In this document: piece by piece, positions 16,479-25,166 of the stretch
How the letters are laid out: each line of letters opens with the position of its first letter
Position numbering within the stretch: the first letter of the stretch is position 1
Assembly (NCBI GenBank): GCA_963770895.1
Contig: CAVYRF010000001.1
Location: 416,001-480,000 of the forward strand
Origin: an uncultured Acidobacteriota bacterium
GTDB lineage: Bacteria; Acidobacteriota; Thermoanaerobaculia; Multivoradales; UBA5704
Direction: 5' to 3'
Length of the DNA: 64,000 nucleotides
Program-made: the position numbers and the translations under genes
Notes under the pieces: generated by a model
What the model was told of the DNA's origin: nothing
Databases searched by the model: none
The model's input: the letters and a program-made list of their open reading frames with translations, nothing else

Positions 16479-18638
16479 TCAGTAGGCCAGGGCCGTGCGC
16501 GACTCGAGGTGCCGCTCGATCTCCTCGCGGCCCCGCCAGACCGGCCGCAGGCGCTTCTCGGAGATCAGCGCGAGCTGGTCGCTGTGGTGTTTCGAGCCCG
16601 GTTGCGAGGCGTTCCCATAAGACAAGACCTCCGCCGCCCGGAGCGGGTGGGAGAGCTCGACGACCGCAATATAGGTCTCGCCCCCGGTGGCCTGGTAGCG
16701 GCCGTCCTTGGCAAGCTCGTAGTCGAGCGTCCGCAGAGAACCGACGGAATTGGGGCCGCCGTTGCCGGGCAGGTCCACGTCGCCGATCCGGAGCCGGTTG
16801 ACTTCCCCGAAGGGGACGTCCAGCCGGCCGAACCTCTTCCTCAGGTCCCGCGCCACGTCGGCGAGGATCTGCGCCGCCTCGACGGGCTTGAGGATCCCGC
16901 GCGGTGTGGTCAGGGGCTCGTTCTCTTGCCAGACCGTGGAGAAGTTGGTCGGCCGCGTGGATGGGCGCCGGCGCCGCATCTCCATCACCCAGACCTCGAA
17001 GAGGGTGGCGCCGCGGCTGTCCGCGTCCAGGGCGCGGTCCCACCTGGCGAGGACCTCGGCGGCCTCGCGGGCGTCCGGGTCGGCGCTGGCCCGTGCGGCT
17101 CGCACGAGGTCGTCCAGCCAGCGGTCGGCGAGCTCGCAGTGGGTCGAATGCTTGTAGGCCACCAGGTCGTCGAAGCTGATGTGGTCGTTCGCCCGCAGCA
17201 GCTGGATCGCTCTTTCCGCTCGCAGGCTCTCCCCCACCACGCCCAGCTCGCGCGGCGCGATATAGGGCGGAAACCGCGCCGGATCAAGCACCGGCGGAAA
17301 GGTGGTCAGCCAGGGCGGATCGTTGGCGTTCTGCAGCCACCCGGTCGGCGGGTCGAGGACGCGCGGCAGCTCTTCGTAGGGATGAGTTCGCGTCCACAGG
17401 TTGGACGCGGTGTCTCCGGGGACCAGCCCGGCCCAGAATTTCAGGTCCCCATGGCTCCGCACCGGGATCCGGCCGCCGAAGAGGTGAAGGATGTGCCCCT
17501 GATCGTCGGCGTAGATCACCGAGAACATGGGGGACTGCAAGCGCCGCAGCGCCCCTTCGAACTCCCGGAGGTTGCTGGCCCGTGCCATGTCCCAGTACTG
17601 CTCGACGATCCCCGTGGTGTCCAGGCCGGCGACCCGCAGGGCCACGGCCCGACCGCCGTCCTGCCAGATCACCGGGCCATGGATGGAGCGCAGGATCGGG
17701 AGCGGCTCGTCCTTGAGCGAGCCGTCCGGCTGCCGCACCTTGAGCGTCCGGGTTTCCCGTTCGAAGGCGCGGCTCCCTCCCTCCCAGGCGTACCCTCCCG
17801 GGCGTAGGTCCAGCAGGTACAGGTTGTAGGCGGCGAGAAGATTGACCGTGTGCCCCCAGCCGAGGTGGTCGTTGAAGCCGACCGCCAGGATGGGAAAGCC
17901 GACTATGGTTGCTCCCGTGATATCGACGCCGGGCGCATCGAGCTGAGATTCGTACCAGGTCACGGGGCCGTTCCACTCCACGTGGGGGTTGATGAGCAGC
18001 AAAGCGTGGCCGTCGCGGGTGTGCCCTGGAGCCACCGCCCAGGCCATCGAGCCGAGGCTGGAGGTTTCCCGGGACGCCGCCAGGCCTTCCTCGATCTCCC
18101 GGCGGATGGACAGCGGGCTTGCAAGGAACGTGAAGTGGAGGGTGTGCTGGACGTGGGCGAGGACGTCGACGGCATCGACCGGCAGCACGGCCCTCACGTC
18201 AGGCCCGAGGCGATCGCCGTGTTCACGGCCGTAGGCGTTGATCCCCGCCGCGAAAGCGTCGAGGCAGACGCTCATCGAGGGGGACTGGTCCGCGTACCAG
18301 CGCCGGGCGCGCTCCGGGATGTCGTTGATCTGCACCCAGCGGTCCTGGTCGAGGTACCTGGCGCCCCAGTACTCGGCTGCCCGCCCGCGCGCCGCGCCGT
18401 AGGAGCGCAGGAGCAGGTCGCCATGGCTCGCCATCTGGGCCCAGCCGTAGGCGTAGAAGAGCTGGCGGGAATCGGTGGCGAAGATATGGGGCACGCCCCA
18501 GGTGTCCCAGAGGATCTCGGCGTGGGGCGGAGCGGCCAGCGAAGCGGTCCGTGCGCCGGGAGAGCACGCGGTGGCCGCGAACAGGAGCGGAACCCAGAGC
18601 AATCTGGCGGCGGCGCGGAATCCTCCCTGGCTCCCCAT
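16479..18638 (-). CDS. Penicillin acylase family Ntn hydrolase (PvdQ/GL-7-ACA acylase-like), predicted lipoprotein
   Basis: EILWDTWGVPHIFA, YAYGWAQM, beta-subunit start GSMAWAVAP, LLLINPH, GWLQNANDPPW, SYGNASQPGSKH..DQ. Lipobox-like FAATAC. Start uncertain (18638 or 18659). Confidence 0.9.
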   Translation of the reverse strand: MGSQGGFRAAARLLWVPLLFAATACSPGARTASLAAPPHAEILWDTWGVPHIFATDSRQLFYAYGWAQMASHGDLLLRSYGAARGRAAEYWGARYLDQDRWVQINDIPERARRWYADQSPSMSVCLDAFAAGINAYGREHGDRLGPDVRAVLPVDAVDVLAHVQHTLHFTFLASPLSIRREIEEGLAASRETSSLGSMAWAVAPGHTRDGHALLLINPHVEWNGPVTWYESQLDAPGVDITGATIVGFPILAVGFNDHLGWGHTVNLLAAYNLYLLDLRPGGYAWEGGSRAFERETRTLKVRQPDGSLKDEPLPILRSIHGPVIWQDGGRAVALRVAGLDTTGIVEQYWDMARASNLREFEGALRRLQSPMFSVIYADDQGHILHLFGGRIPVRSHGDLKFWAGLVPGDTASNLWTRTHPYEELPRVLDPPTGWLQNANDPPWLTTFPPVLDPARFPPYIAPRELGVVGESLRAERAIQLLRANDHISFDDLVAYKHSTHCELADRWLDDLVRAARASADPDAREAAEVLARWDRALDADSRGATLFEVWVMEMRRRRPSTRPTNFSTVWQENEPLTTPRGILKPVEAAQILADVARDLRKRFGRLDVPFGEVNRLRIGDVDLPGNGGPNSVGSLRTLDYELAKDGRYQATGGETYIAVVELSHPLRAAEVLSYGNASQPGSKHHSDQLALISEKRLRPVWRGREEIERHLESRTALAY

Positions 18639-18685
18639 GGCGGGAAAAGACGGTATCATGAAAATTATGAGGTGCAAAAGTTAGC

Positions 18686-21190
18686 ATGCCTTTCTCTGTT
18701 CTTTTGCCGGAGCGCGGCCCCCGCGGCCTTTTGGAGGCCACCCTGGAGTCGGTCCAGGCCCAGACCTCGGGCGCCCGGGAGCTGATCCGGGTGGGCGCTG
18801 ACCACAATGCCGGCATCGCTCGGGCGCGCGCCCCCTTCCTCCTCTTTCTCGAAGCCGGCAACCTGCTCCATCCGCGCTGCCTGCAATGGATGGAGGAGGC
18901 CCTGGATGGGGGGGCGGTGGACGCCGTCCTCTGCGGCTGGCGCTTCGTGGACGCGGCAGGGCACCCGGGACCGGAGCACCCCTGCCCAGCCGAAGAGGAC
19001 CTTTTCCCGCCACTCGCCGCCCACCCGCTCTTCCCGGCCGCCGCCTGCCTGGTGCGGAAGAGCCGGGTCGAGGAGGCGGGCGGCTTCGATCCCGACCTGC
19101 CGGCCTGCGGCGCCTGGGCGCTCTGGCAGCGGATCGCCCGTTCCGGAGCCCGCTTCGGGCGGCTGGCCGAGCCGCTCGTGGGTTGCCGCCTGCGGCCGCA
19201 AGCGGCAGAGGCGCTATGGCTGGAGGGCCTGGAGGTGATCGCCCGCGCCCATGCCGCGGACCCGCGGGTCCCCTTTCCCACGCCGGTCCACGCGGCAGGC
19301 CGGCCGCCTGCCGAGCTGGGGCCGGCCCGCCTGCGCTTCGCGGCCTGGTGTGCCGGCCTGGCCCTCGGCCAGGGGAGCGATCCGCGCGCCATCCTCGGCC
19401 GCCTGGGGGGGCCGTCCGAGCTCCTGGCAGGCGGGCTCGATCCCGCGTCGATCGCGCGGGCTTTCGCTGCCGCGATCCCCCTTGGCGCCGGCAGGACCGA
19501 GGACGCCTGGGGCTCCCTTTGGCCGGAGATCGAGGAGCGGCTGGAAGGCTTTCTGGCCGTGCTCGAGACGCTGACCCGGGTGCAGCGGCTCGGCCGGCGG
19601 GTCCGCTCCGTCCTCGAAGGCCGGGCGGCGGCGGCGGCGAGCTCCCGCCCCCTCGATCTCGGGCGGCTGCGCGCGGTCACCTGGGAGCTGACCATGCCGC
19701 TCGCGGACCTCGCCATCCCCTCCGCCGGGACCGAGTACTTGCGCTGCGACCTGACCCTGGAGGGAGAGGCCCTGGGCGCCGTCGATCTCCCGGTGGTGGG
19801 AGACCGGGTCGCCGCGGCGGTACTCGCCGACGCGGCGGCCGCCGCCTTCGCCCGGCCGATCGCCGAGCGCTTCCAGGCGCGCTCGGGACGCCCGTCCGGC
19901 TGGGACCGTCTCCTCGCGGAAATCCGGCCCCTCGACGCTGCGTCCGTCGAGAGACCGCGGGACGGCTGGCTCGCCGTGGAGGTCGGCTCGCCCCTTCCCG
20001 GGGTTGCGGCGGCGGCGCCGTTTCAGCTCGCGGTCCGCCTGGGCGGGGCCGCCGTCGGCGTCCTCGATCTCCCCGCCGGCCGCTTCCGCCCCGCGGAGCT
20101 CTGGCGGGTGATCGCAGAGACCGCCGGTGGCGAGCTCCGCCGTGCCGCCGTGCGCGAGGGGATCCTCGGCCGGCCGCTCGACAGCCCGGGATCGCTGCGC
20201 CAGCGGTTGGCGGCGCTGGCGGCGCGGCGGAGCGCGGCAGGAAGCGACGCTCCCGGCGGCGTCGTGCTCGCGCGCCACCGCGGCGCCAGCGGGACCGCCG
20301 CCGCGCGGCGGGCGGACCTTCCGGCCGCCGCCCTGGACGATCTATTCGCGTCCGCCGAGGCCGCCGGAGAGCCCGTCGCGCGGACCCCCGGAGGGAATCC
20401 CGGGGGGCGGGTCGCGTACGCCCCGGATCTGCTCTGGAGCGGCTGTGGCGAGGCGGTGGCGGAGCCGCCGGGAGCGGAGCGCCCTGCCGCGGCCAGGCGG
20501 CTTCCCATCCTGCTCTACCACAGTGTGGCACCGGAGGGGCCTTCCTCTCTGGGGCGCTACCGGGTCTCTCGCGAGGGGTTCGCGGAGCACCTCGCGTACC
20601 TCAAGGACCTCGGCTGCTATACGCCGCGGCTGGCCGACTGGGGCCGGGCCGTGATGGCCGGCCGGCCGCTTCCCGGGCGTCCCGTGCTGCTGACCTTCGA
20701 CGACGGCTATCGCGACTTCGCGCTCTTCGCCTGGCCGCTGCTGCGCCAGCACGGCTTCCGCGCCCTGGTGTTCCTGGTGGCGGAGCAGGTGGGGAAGACG
20801 AGCCGGTGGGACGAGTCGTACGGCGAACCCCTGCCGCTGCTCGGCTGGGAGGAGATCCGGACGCTGCGCGACGAGGGGGTCGAGCTCGGCTCGCACTCGG
20901 CCACGCATCCGGCGTTGACGGGGCTCTCCCCGGCCGAGGTGGTCCGGGAGGCGGCGCGCTCGCGTGCCCTGCTCACCCGCGGCCTCGGCCGCGCCGTCGA
21001 GGCCTTCGCCTACCCCCATGGCGACTACAACCCCACGATCCTCCACCTGGTGGGGGCCTGCGGCTACCTCTACGGCTTCACCGCCAGGCCGGAGCCGGCC
21101 GGCGTCGACGATCCACTCCTGGCGCTGCCACGGATCGAGATCGCCGGCGGCGACGGCCCCGCCGAGCTGGCCAGCAAATTGATCTGGTGA
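18686..21190 (+). CDS. Degenerate GT2-like domain fused to NodB-type polysaccharide deacetylase
   Basis: N-terminal GT2 traces (NAGIARARAPFLLFLEAGN, EAGGFDPDL). C-terminal LPILLYHSV, LLTFDDGY, GSHSATHPAL, FAYPHG. Confidence 0.8.
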   Translation: MPFSVLLPERGPRGLLEATLESVQAQTSGARELIRVGADHNAGIARARAPFLLFLEAGNLLHPRCLQWMEEALDGGAVDAVLCGWRFVDAAGHPGPEHPCPAEEDLFPPLAAHPLFPAAACLVRKSRVEEAGGFDPDLPACGAWALWQRIARSGARFGRLAEPLVGCRLRPQAAEALWLEGLEVIARAHAADPRVPFPTPVHAAGRPPAELGPARLRFAAWCAGLALGQGSDPRAILGRLGGPSELLAGGLDPASIARAFAAAIPLGAGRTEDAWGSLWPEIEERLEGFLAVLETLTRVQRLGRRVRSVLEGRAAAAASSRPLDLGRLRAVTWELTMPLADLAIPSAGTEYLRCDLTLEGEALGAVDLPVVGDRVAAAVLADAAAAAFARPIAERFQARSGRPSGWDRLLAEIRPLDAASVERPRDGWLAVEVGSPLPGVAAAAPFQLAVRLGGAAVGVLDLPAGRFRPAELWRVIAETAGGELRRAAVREGILGRPLDSPGSLRQRLAALAARRSAAGSDAPGGVVLARHRGASGTAAARRADLPAAALDDLFASAEAAGEPVARTPGGNPGGRVAYAPDLLWSGCGEAVAEPPGAERPAAARRLPILLYHSVAPEGPSSLGRYRVSREGFAEHLAYLKDLGCYTPRLADWGRAVMAGRPLPGRPVLLTFDDGYRDFALFAWPLLRQHGFRALVFLVAEQVGKTSRWDESYGEPLPLLGWEEIRTLRDEGVELGSHSATHPALTGLSPAEVVREAARSRALLTRGLGRAVEAFAYPHGDYNPTILHLVGACGYLYGFTARPEPAGVDDPLLALPRIEIAGGDGPAELASKLIW

Positions 21191-21234
21191 TTAAGCAATT
21201 CCAGATGCTACGCTAGCGGTCAGGGAGAACCACG

Positions 21235-23664
21235 ATGAGGCACCTGGGCCGAGACCTGCACGTCGCACTCCTCAGACTCCGCAAGAAGCCATTGAGCAGC
21301 CTGGTGATCGTCCTCACCCTGGCGCTCTGCATCGGCACCGGCACGGCGCTGCTCACCGTCATCAAGGGGGCCCTGCTGGATCCGTGGCCCTACGTGGGGC
21401 AGGACCGGATCCTGGCCATGCGGGGCAACTATCCGAAACTGAGCCAGCCGGCGAAGAGCTCCTGGTCGGTCCCCGACTACCTGGACCTGAGCCAGCAGAA
21501 GGGGATCTTCGACGGCATTCTCGCGGGGATGTCCCACGACGTGAACCTCACCGACGGCAGCCAGCCGGAGCATCTGCACGCGGTGCAGATGACCGCCGAA
21601 GGCTTCCACATGCTCGGGGTCACGCCGCTCCTGGGGCGTTACTACACGTCCGAGGAGGATCGCCCGGGAGGGGAGAAGGTGGTGGTCATGGCCTACGGCC
21701 TCTGGCAGCGCCGCTATGGCGGCGACCCCCAGATCGTCGGCAAGAGCCTGCGCGTGGAGGGAGACAGCTACCAGATCATCGGCGTCATGCCCGATCGGTT
21801 CCGGTGGTGGGACGCCAGCCTCTGGTTCCCGCTGGGGCTCGACCTGACCCTCACCGACCGCTCGCAGCGAAACCTGTACGCCCAGGCGCGCCTCCGCCCG
21901 GGTGTGAGCCTGGAGCAGGCGCAGGCACAGCTCGCAAGCCTGGCCCGCCGGATCGAAAGCGACCACCTGGGCACCAACCCTGAATACGAGCATTTCAGCT
22001 TCCGGCTGATCCATCTCCGGGACGAGGTGCTGCGCGATCTTCGGCTCTCGCTCGTCGTGCTGCTGGCCTTCATGATCGTGGTGTACCTGATGGCCTGCGC
22101 CAACATCGCCAACCTGCTGCTGGCCGAGGCCGCGGCGCGCCGCCGGGAGATGGCCGTGCGCACGGCCCTGGGCGCCGGCCCCGGGCAGCTCGTGCGGCAG
22201 ATCATGGTGGAGTGCCTCGTCTTCACCCTGCCGGGGGCCGCGCTGGGGCTCGGCCTCGCCGTCGTGATCGTGAGGTCGGTCCTGACGCTGATCCCCTACG
22301 GCTATATCCCGGCGGAGGCGGTGATCGAGGTCGGCCCGTCGGCGGTGGCCTTCAGCCTCGTCCTGGCGCTGGTCGCTGCCGGGCTCTGCGGCCTGGGGCC
22401 GGCGCGGGAGGCGAGCCGCACGGCCAACCTCGCGGCGCTGCGGGAGGGGGGGCAGCGGTCGATCGGCACGCAGCAGGTCCGCCGCTTCCAGGACCTCCTG
22501 GTGGTCGGCGAGGTGGTGATGGCCCTGATGGTGTTGGCCGCCGCGGGCCTGATGATTCAGAGCTACGTCCGCCTCACGGCTGTCTCCCCGGGCTTCGATC
22601 CCAAGGGGGTCCTGACGATGCGGACGACCCTGTCGGCGGACCGCTACACACAGGACGCCCAGGTGGCGAGCTTTGTCCAGGAGCTGCTGCGGCGGGCCCG
22701 CGCCATCCCGGGCGTCCAGGCGGCCGGGGCCGTCAGCTCGGTGCCGCTGACCGGCGGCCCCAGCCGGGTGGTGCTGCTCGAGGGTCGGTCGGCGGCCGAG
22801 CTCGGCTTCATCCCCGAGGCCAACACGCGAGTGGCGACCGCCGGCTACTTCCAGGCCCTGCGGATCCCGCTCCTCCAGGGGCGGACTTTCGGCGATCAGG
22901 ACGTGCAGGGCTCCCAGCCGGTCGTGGTCATCAACCAGACCATGGCGCAACGGTTCTGGCCGGGCCAGAGCCCGCTCGGCAAGCGGATACAGCTCGCCGA
23001 CGCCCTCCCCACCGACCCCTGGCTCACCGTGGTGGGGGTCGCCGGCGACGTGCGCGAGGACCGCCTCGAGACCGAGCCGCGGCCGCAGCTCTATCTCCCC
23101 TTCCCCCAGCGGCCGTTCCGGGGGCGTGACCTGGTGCTCACCGCGCGCTCCAGCCAGAGACCCGAGTGGCTCTCGCGGACGTTGCGGGACACGGTGCTCG
23201 CCCTCGACCCGAACCAGCCGGTCTACGAAGTGCAGACCCTGGAAGAGATCGTCGCCAATTCTCTCGGCGCCAAGCGGCTCACCCTGGTCCTCCTGTCGAT
23301 CTTCGGCCTCACCTCGCTGCTGCTGGCCGGGTTGGGGATCTTCGCCGTGCTCGCCCACCTGGTCAACAACCGCCAGCAGGAGATCGGGGTGCGCATGGCC
23401 CTGGGAGCGCAGGTCCAGACGGTGGTCGGCCAGTTCGTGGCACACGGCCTCCGCCTGGCGGCGATCGGCACCGCCATCGGTCTCCTCTCCGCCTTCTTCT
23501 CCTCCCAGGTGCTGGCCAGCCTGGTCTACGGGGTCAGCACCAGCGATCCCCTGACCTTCGCCGGCATCGCGCTCCTGTTCGGGGCCATCGCCGCTCTCGC
23601 CAGCTACATACCGGCCCGGCGGGCGGCGCAGGTCGATCCGGTCGTGACGCTCAACGGCGGTTAG
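21235..23664 (+). CDS. ABC transporter permease, duplicated MacB/FtsX type (ADOP family)
   Basis: LTLALCIG, ACANIANLLLA..AARRREMAVRTALGA, second RQQEIGVRMALGA, C-terminal ASYIPARRAAQVDPV. No cognate ATPase adjacent. Confidence 0.9.
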   Translation: MRHLGRDLHVALLRLRKKPLSSLVIVLTLALCIGTGTALLTVIKGALLDPWPYVGQDRILAMRGNYPKLSQPAKSSWSVPDYLDLSQQKGIFDGILAGMSHDVNLTDGSQPEHLHAVQMTAEGFHMLGVTPLLGRYYTSEEDRPGGEKVVVMAYGLWQRRYGGDPQIVGKSLRVEGDSYQIIGVMPDRFRWWDASLWFPLGLDLTLTDRSQRNLYAQARLRPGVSLEQAQAQLASLARRIESDHLGTNPEYEHFSFRLIHLRDEVLRDLRLSLVVLLAFMIVVYLMACANIANLLLAEAAARRREMAVRTALGAGPGQLVRQIMVECLVFTLPGAALGLGLAVVIVRSVLTLIPYGYIPAEAVIEVGPSAVAFSLVLALVAAGLCGLGPAREASRTANLAALREGGQRSIGTQQVRRFQDLLVVGEVVMALMVLAAAGLMIQSYVRLTAVSPGFDPKGVLTMRTTLSADRYTQDAQVASFVQELLRRARAIPGVQAAGAVSSVPLTGGPSRVVLLEGRSAAELGFIPEANTRVATAGYFQALRIPLLQGRTFGDQDVQGSQPVVVINQTMAQRFWPGQSPLGKRIQLADALPTDPWLTVVGVAGDVREDRLETEPRPQLYLPFPQRPFRGRDLVLTARSSQRPEWLSRTLRDTVLALDPNQPVYEVQTLEEIVANSLGAKRLTLVLLSIFGLTSLLLAGLGIFAVLAHLVNNRQQEIGVRMALGAQVQTVVGQFVAHGLRLAAIGTAIGLLSAFFSSQVLASLVYGVSTSDPLTFAGIALLFGAIAALASYIPARRAAQVDPVVTLNGG

Positions 23665-23698
23665 GCCCGGTCCAGCCGGGTCTCGCAGCGATCCATCC

Positions 23699-23725
23699 TC
23701 CCCCAGGTGGCAACGGCCTGGGGGA
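23699..23725 (+). terminator. Hairpin after permease (possible terminator)
   Basis: TCCCCCAGG / CCTGGGGGA 9-bp stem; no U-tract. Confidence 0.4.
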
Positions 23726-23796
23726 CGACGCCCCCTCCCCCTAAATCTCCAGCGCCAGTAGCGCGAGCGCCGCCGCGGGACGGTGTCTGATCGCTG

Positions 23797-23834
23797 TTGA
23801 CTTCCTATAGATATTTTGTTTTATTCACATACGC
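23797..23834 (+). promoter_or_regulatory. Putative promoter of the main BGC operon
   Basis: TTGACT at 23797-23802 followed by a strongly AT-rich stretch (ATAGATATTTTGTTTTATTCACAT) ending just before ATG 23835. -10 box ambiguous; no SD. Confidence 0.5.
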
Positions 23835-25166
23835 ATGTCTATTAGAGTGCTTTTAACGAATCTCGGTTCTGTCGGCGATGTCCAGCCTCTCTTCGCGCTG
23901 GCCGCGGAGATGCGGTCGCAGGGTCACCGCCCTGTCCTTGCCCTCGCGCCGCTCTTCAGGTCCCGGGTCCGTGAGCTCGATTTCGACTACACCCCTCTGG
24001 GACCGGACCTCGACTTCCCCGAGATCGACCGCCGGGCGATCGGCGCCCTGCTGCGGGGAGTGGATCCCTTGGAGGTCATGCGCGATTCTCTCGCCCTCCT
24101 CGACTCGATGCTCCCCGACCTGCTCGCGACGACTCTCGCGCTGAGCCTTGACGCCGACGTCCTGGTGAGCGGTCATCTCCAGCCGGCGGCCCAGATGGTC
24201 CATGAGCTGACGCAGATCCCTTTCGTCTCGGTGCAGGTCAACCACTTCGGGGGGCGCCGGGCAGCGGGGGAGAGGGAGGCGCTCGCGCACGTGATCAACG
24301 CCTTCCGGCGCCGGCATGGCCTCGCGCCGCTCTCCGATCCCATGCACAGCGACGCGAACTCGCCGCAGCTAGCCCTCTACGCGATCAGCCGTCACCTCGG
24401 CCTCACGACCGAGGGCTGGCCGGAGCACCACCACGTCACCGGCTTTTTCTTCCTGGAAGAGGGCGGCTGGGCACCCCCGTCCGACCTAGCGGATTTCCTG
24501 ACGGGCGGTGAGCCGCCGGTCGTGCTTTCGTTCAGCAGCCTGTCCCACGAAGACCCGGGGGCGGTGACGGATCTGCTCGTCGCGGCGATGCGCCGCGCGG
24601 GATGCCGGGCGATCCTCCAGCGAGGGTGGAGCGGTCTGGGGGAGGGCAGCATGCCGGCCGGGATCAAGGTCGCGGGCTTCGTTCCCCATGCCTGGCTCTT
24701 CCCGCGCGCCGCCTGCGTCGTCCACCACGGCGGAGCCCAGACCTCGGCGGCGGTGTTCCGCGCCGGCGTGCCCGCGGTGGTCGTGCCCCACGTCCGCGAT
24801 CAACCGATCTGGGCGGAGCTCAGCCGCGACCTGGGGGTTTCCGGCCCTCCTCTCTCCTCCGCGGAGCTCAGTGCGGAGAGCCTCGCCGCGCGGATCAGCG
24901 AAACTCTTTCCAATCCTCGCCATCGCCAGGCGGCGGCCGACCTGGGCGCCAGGGTGCGCGCCGAACAGGGCGTGGCGCGGGCGCGGCATCTCATCGAGCG
25001 ATTGGTCGGCAAGGTCGGCCTCTGCCAGCAGGCGACGGCCGGCGAGGATCTGGCCGGCGTGGCGCGCGGACGACAGCCGGCGCGGCGTGCTGCCTACCTG
25101 GCACAGCGCCGGGAGCTGCGGCGGGAAGCCTCGCGGTCCGGCTTCCGCGAGGAATCGATCCCATGA
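23835..25166 (+). CDS. GT1-family glycosyltransferase (GtfB/sterol glucosyltransferase-like)
   Basis: GSVGDVQPLFALA, FVPHAWLFPRAACVVHHGGAQT, VVPHVRDQPIWA. Confidence 0.9.
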   Translation: MSIRVLLTNLGSVGDVQPLFALAAEMRSQGHRPVLALAPLFRSRVRELDFDYTPLGPDLDFPEIDRRAIGALLRGVDPLEVMRDSLALLDSMLPDLLATTLALSLDADVLVSGHLQPAAQMVHELTQIPFVSVQVNHFGGRRAAGEREALAHVINAFRRRHGLAPLSDPMHSDANSPQLALYAISRHLGLTTEGWPEHHHVTGFFFLEEGGWAPPSDLADFLTGGEPPVVLSFSSLSHEDPGAVTDLLVAAMRRAGCRAILQRGWSGLGEGSMPAGIKVAGFVPHAWLFPRAACVVHHGGAQTSAAVFRAGVPAVVVPHVRDQPIWAELSRDLGVSGPPLSSAELSAESLAARISETLSNPRHRQAAADLGARVRAEQGVARARHLIERLVGKVGLCQQATAGEDLAGVARGRQPARRAAYLAQRRELRREASRSGFREESIP

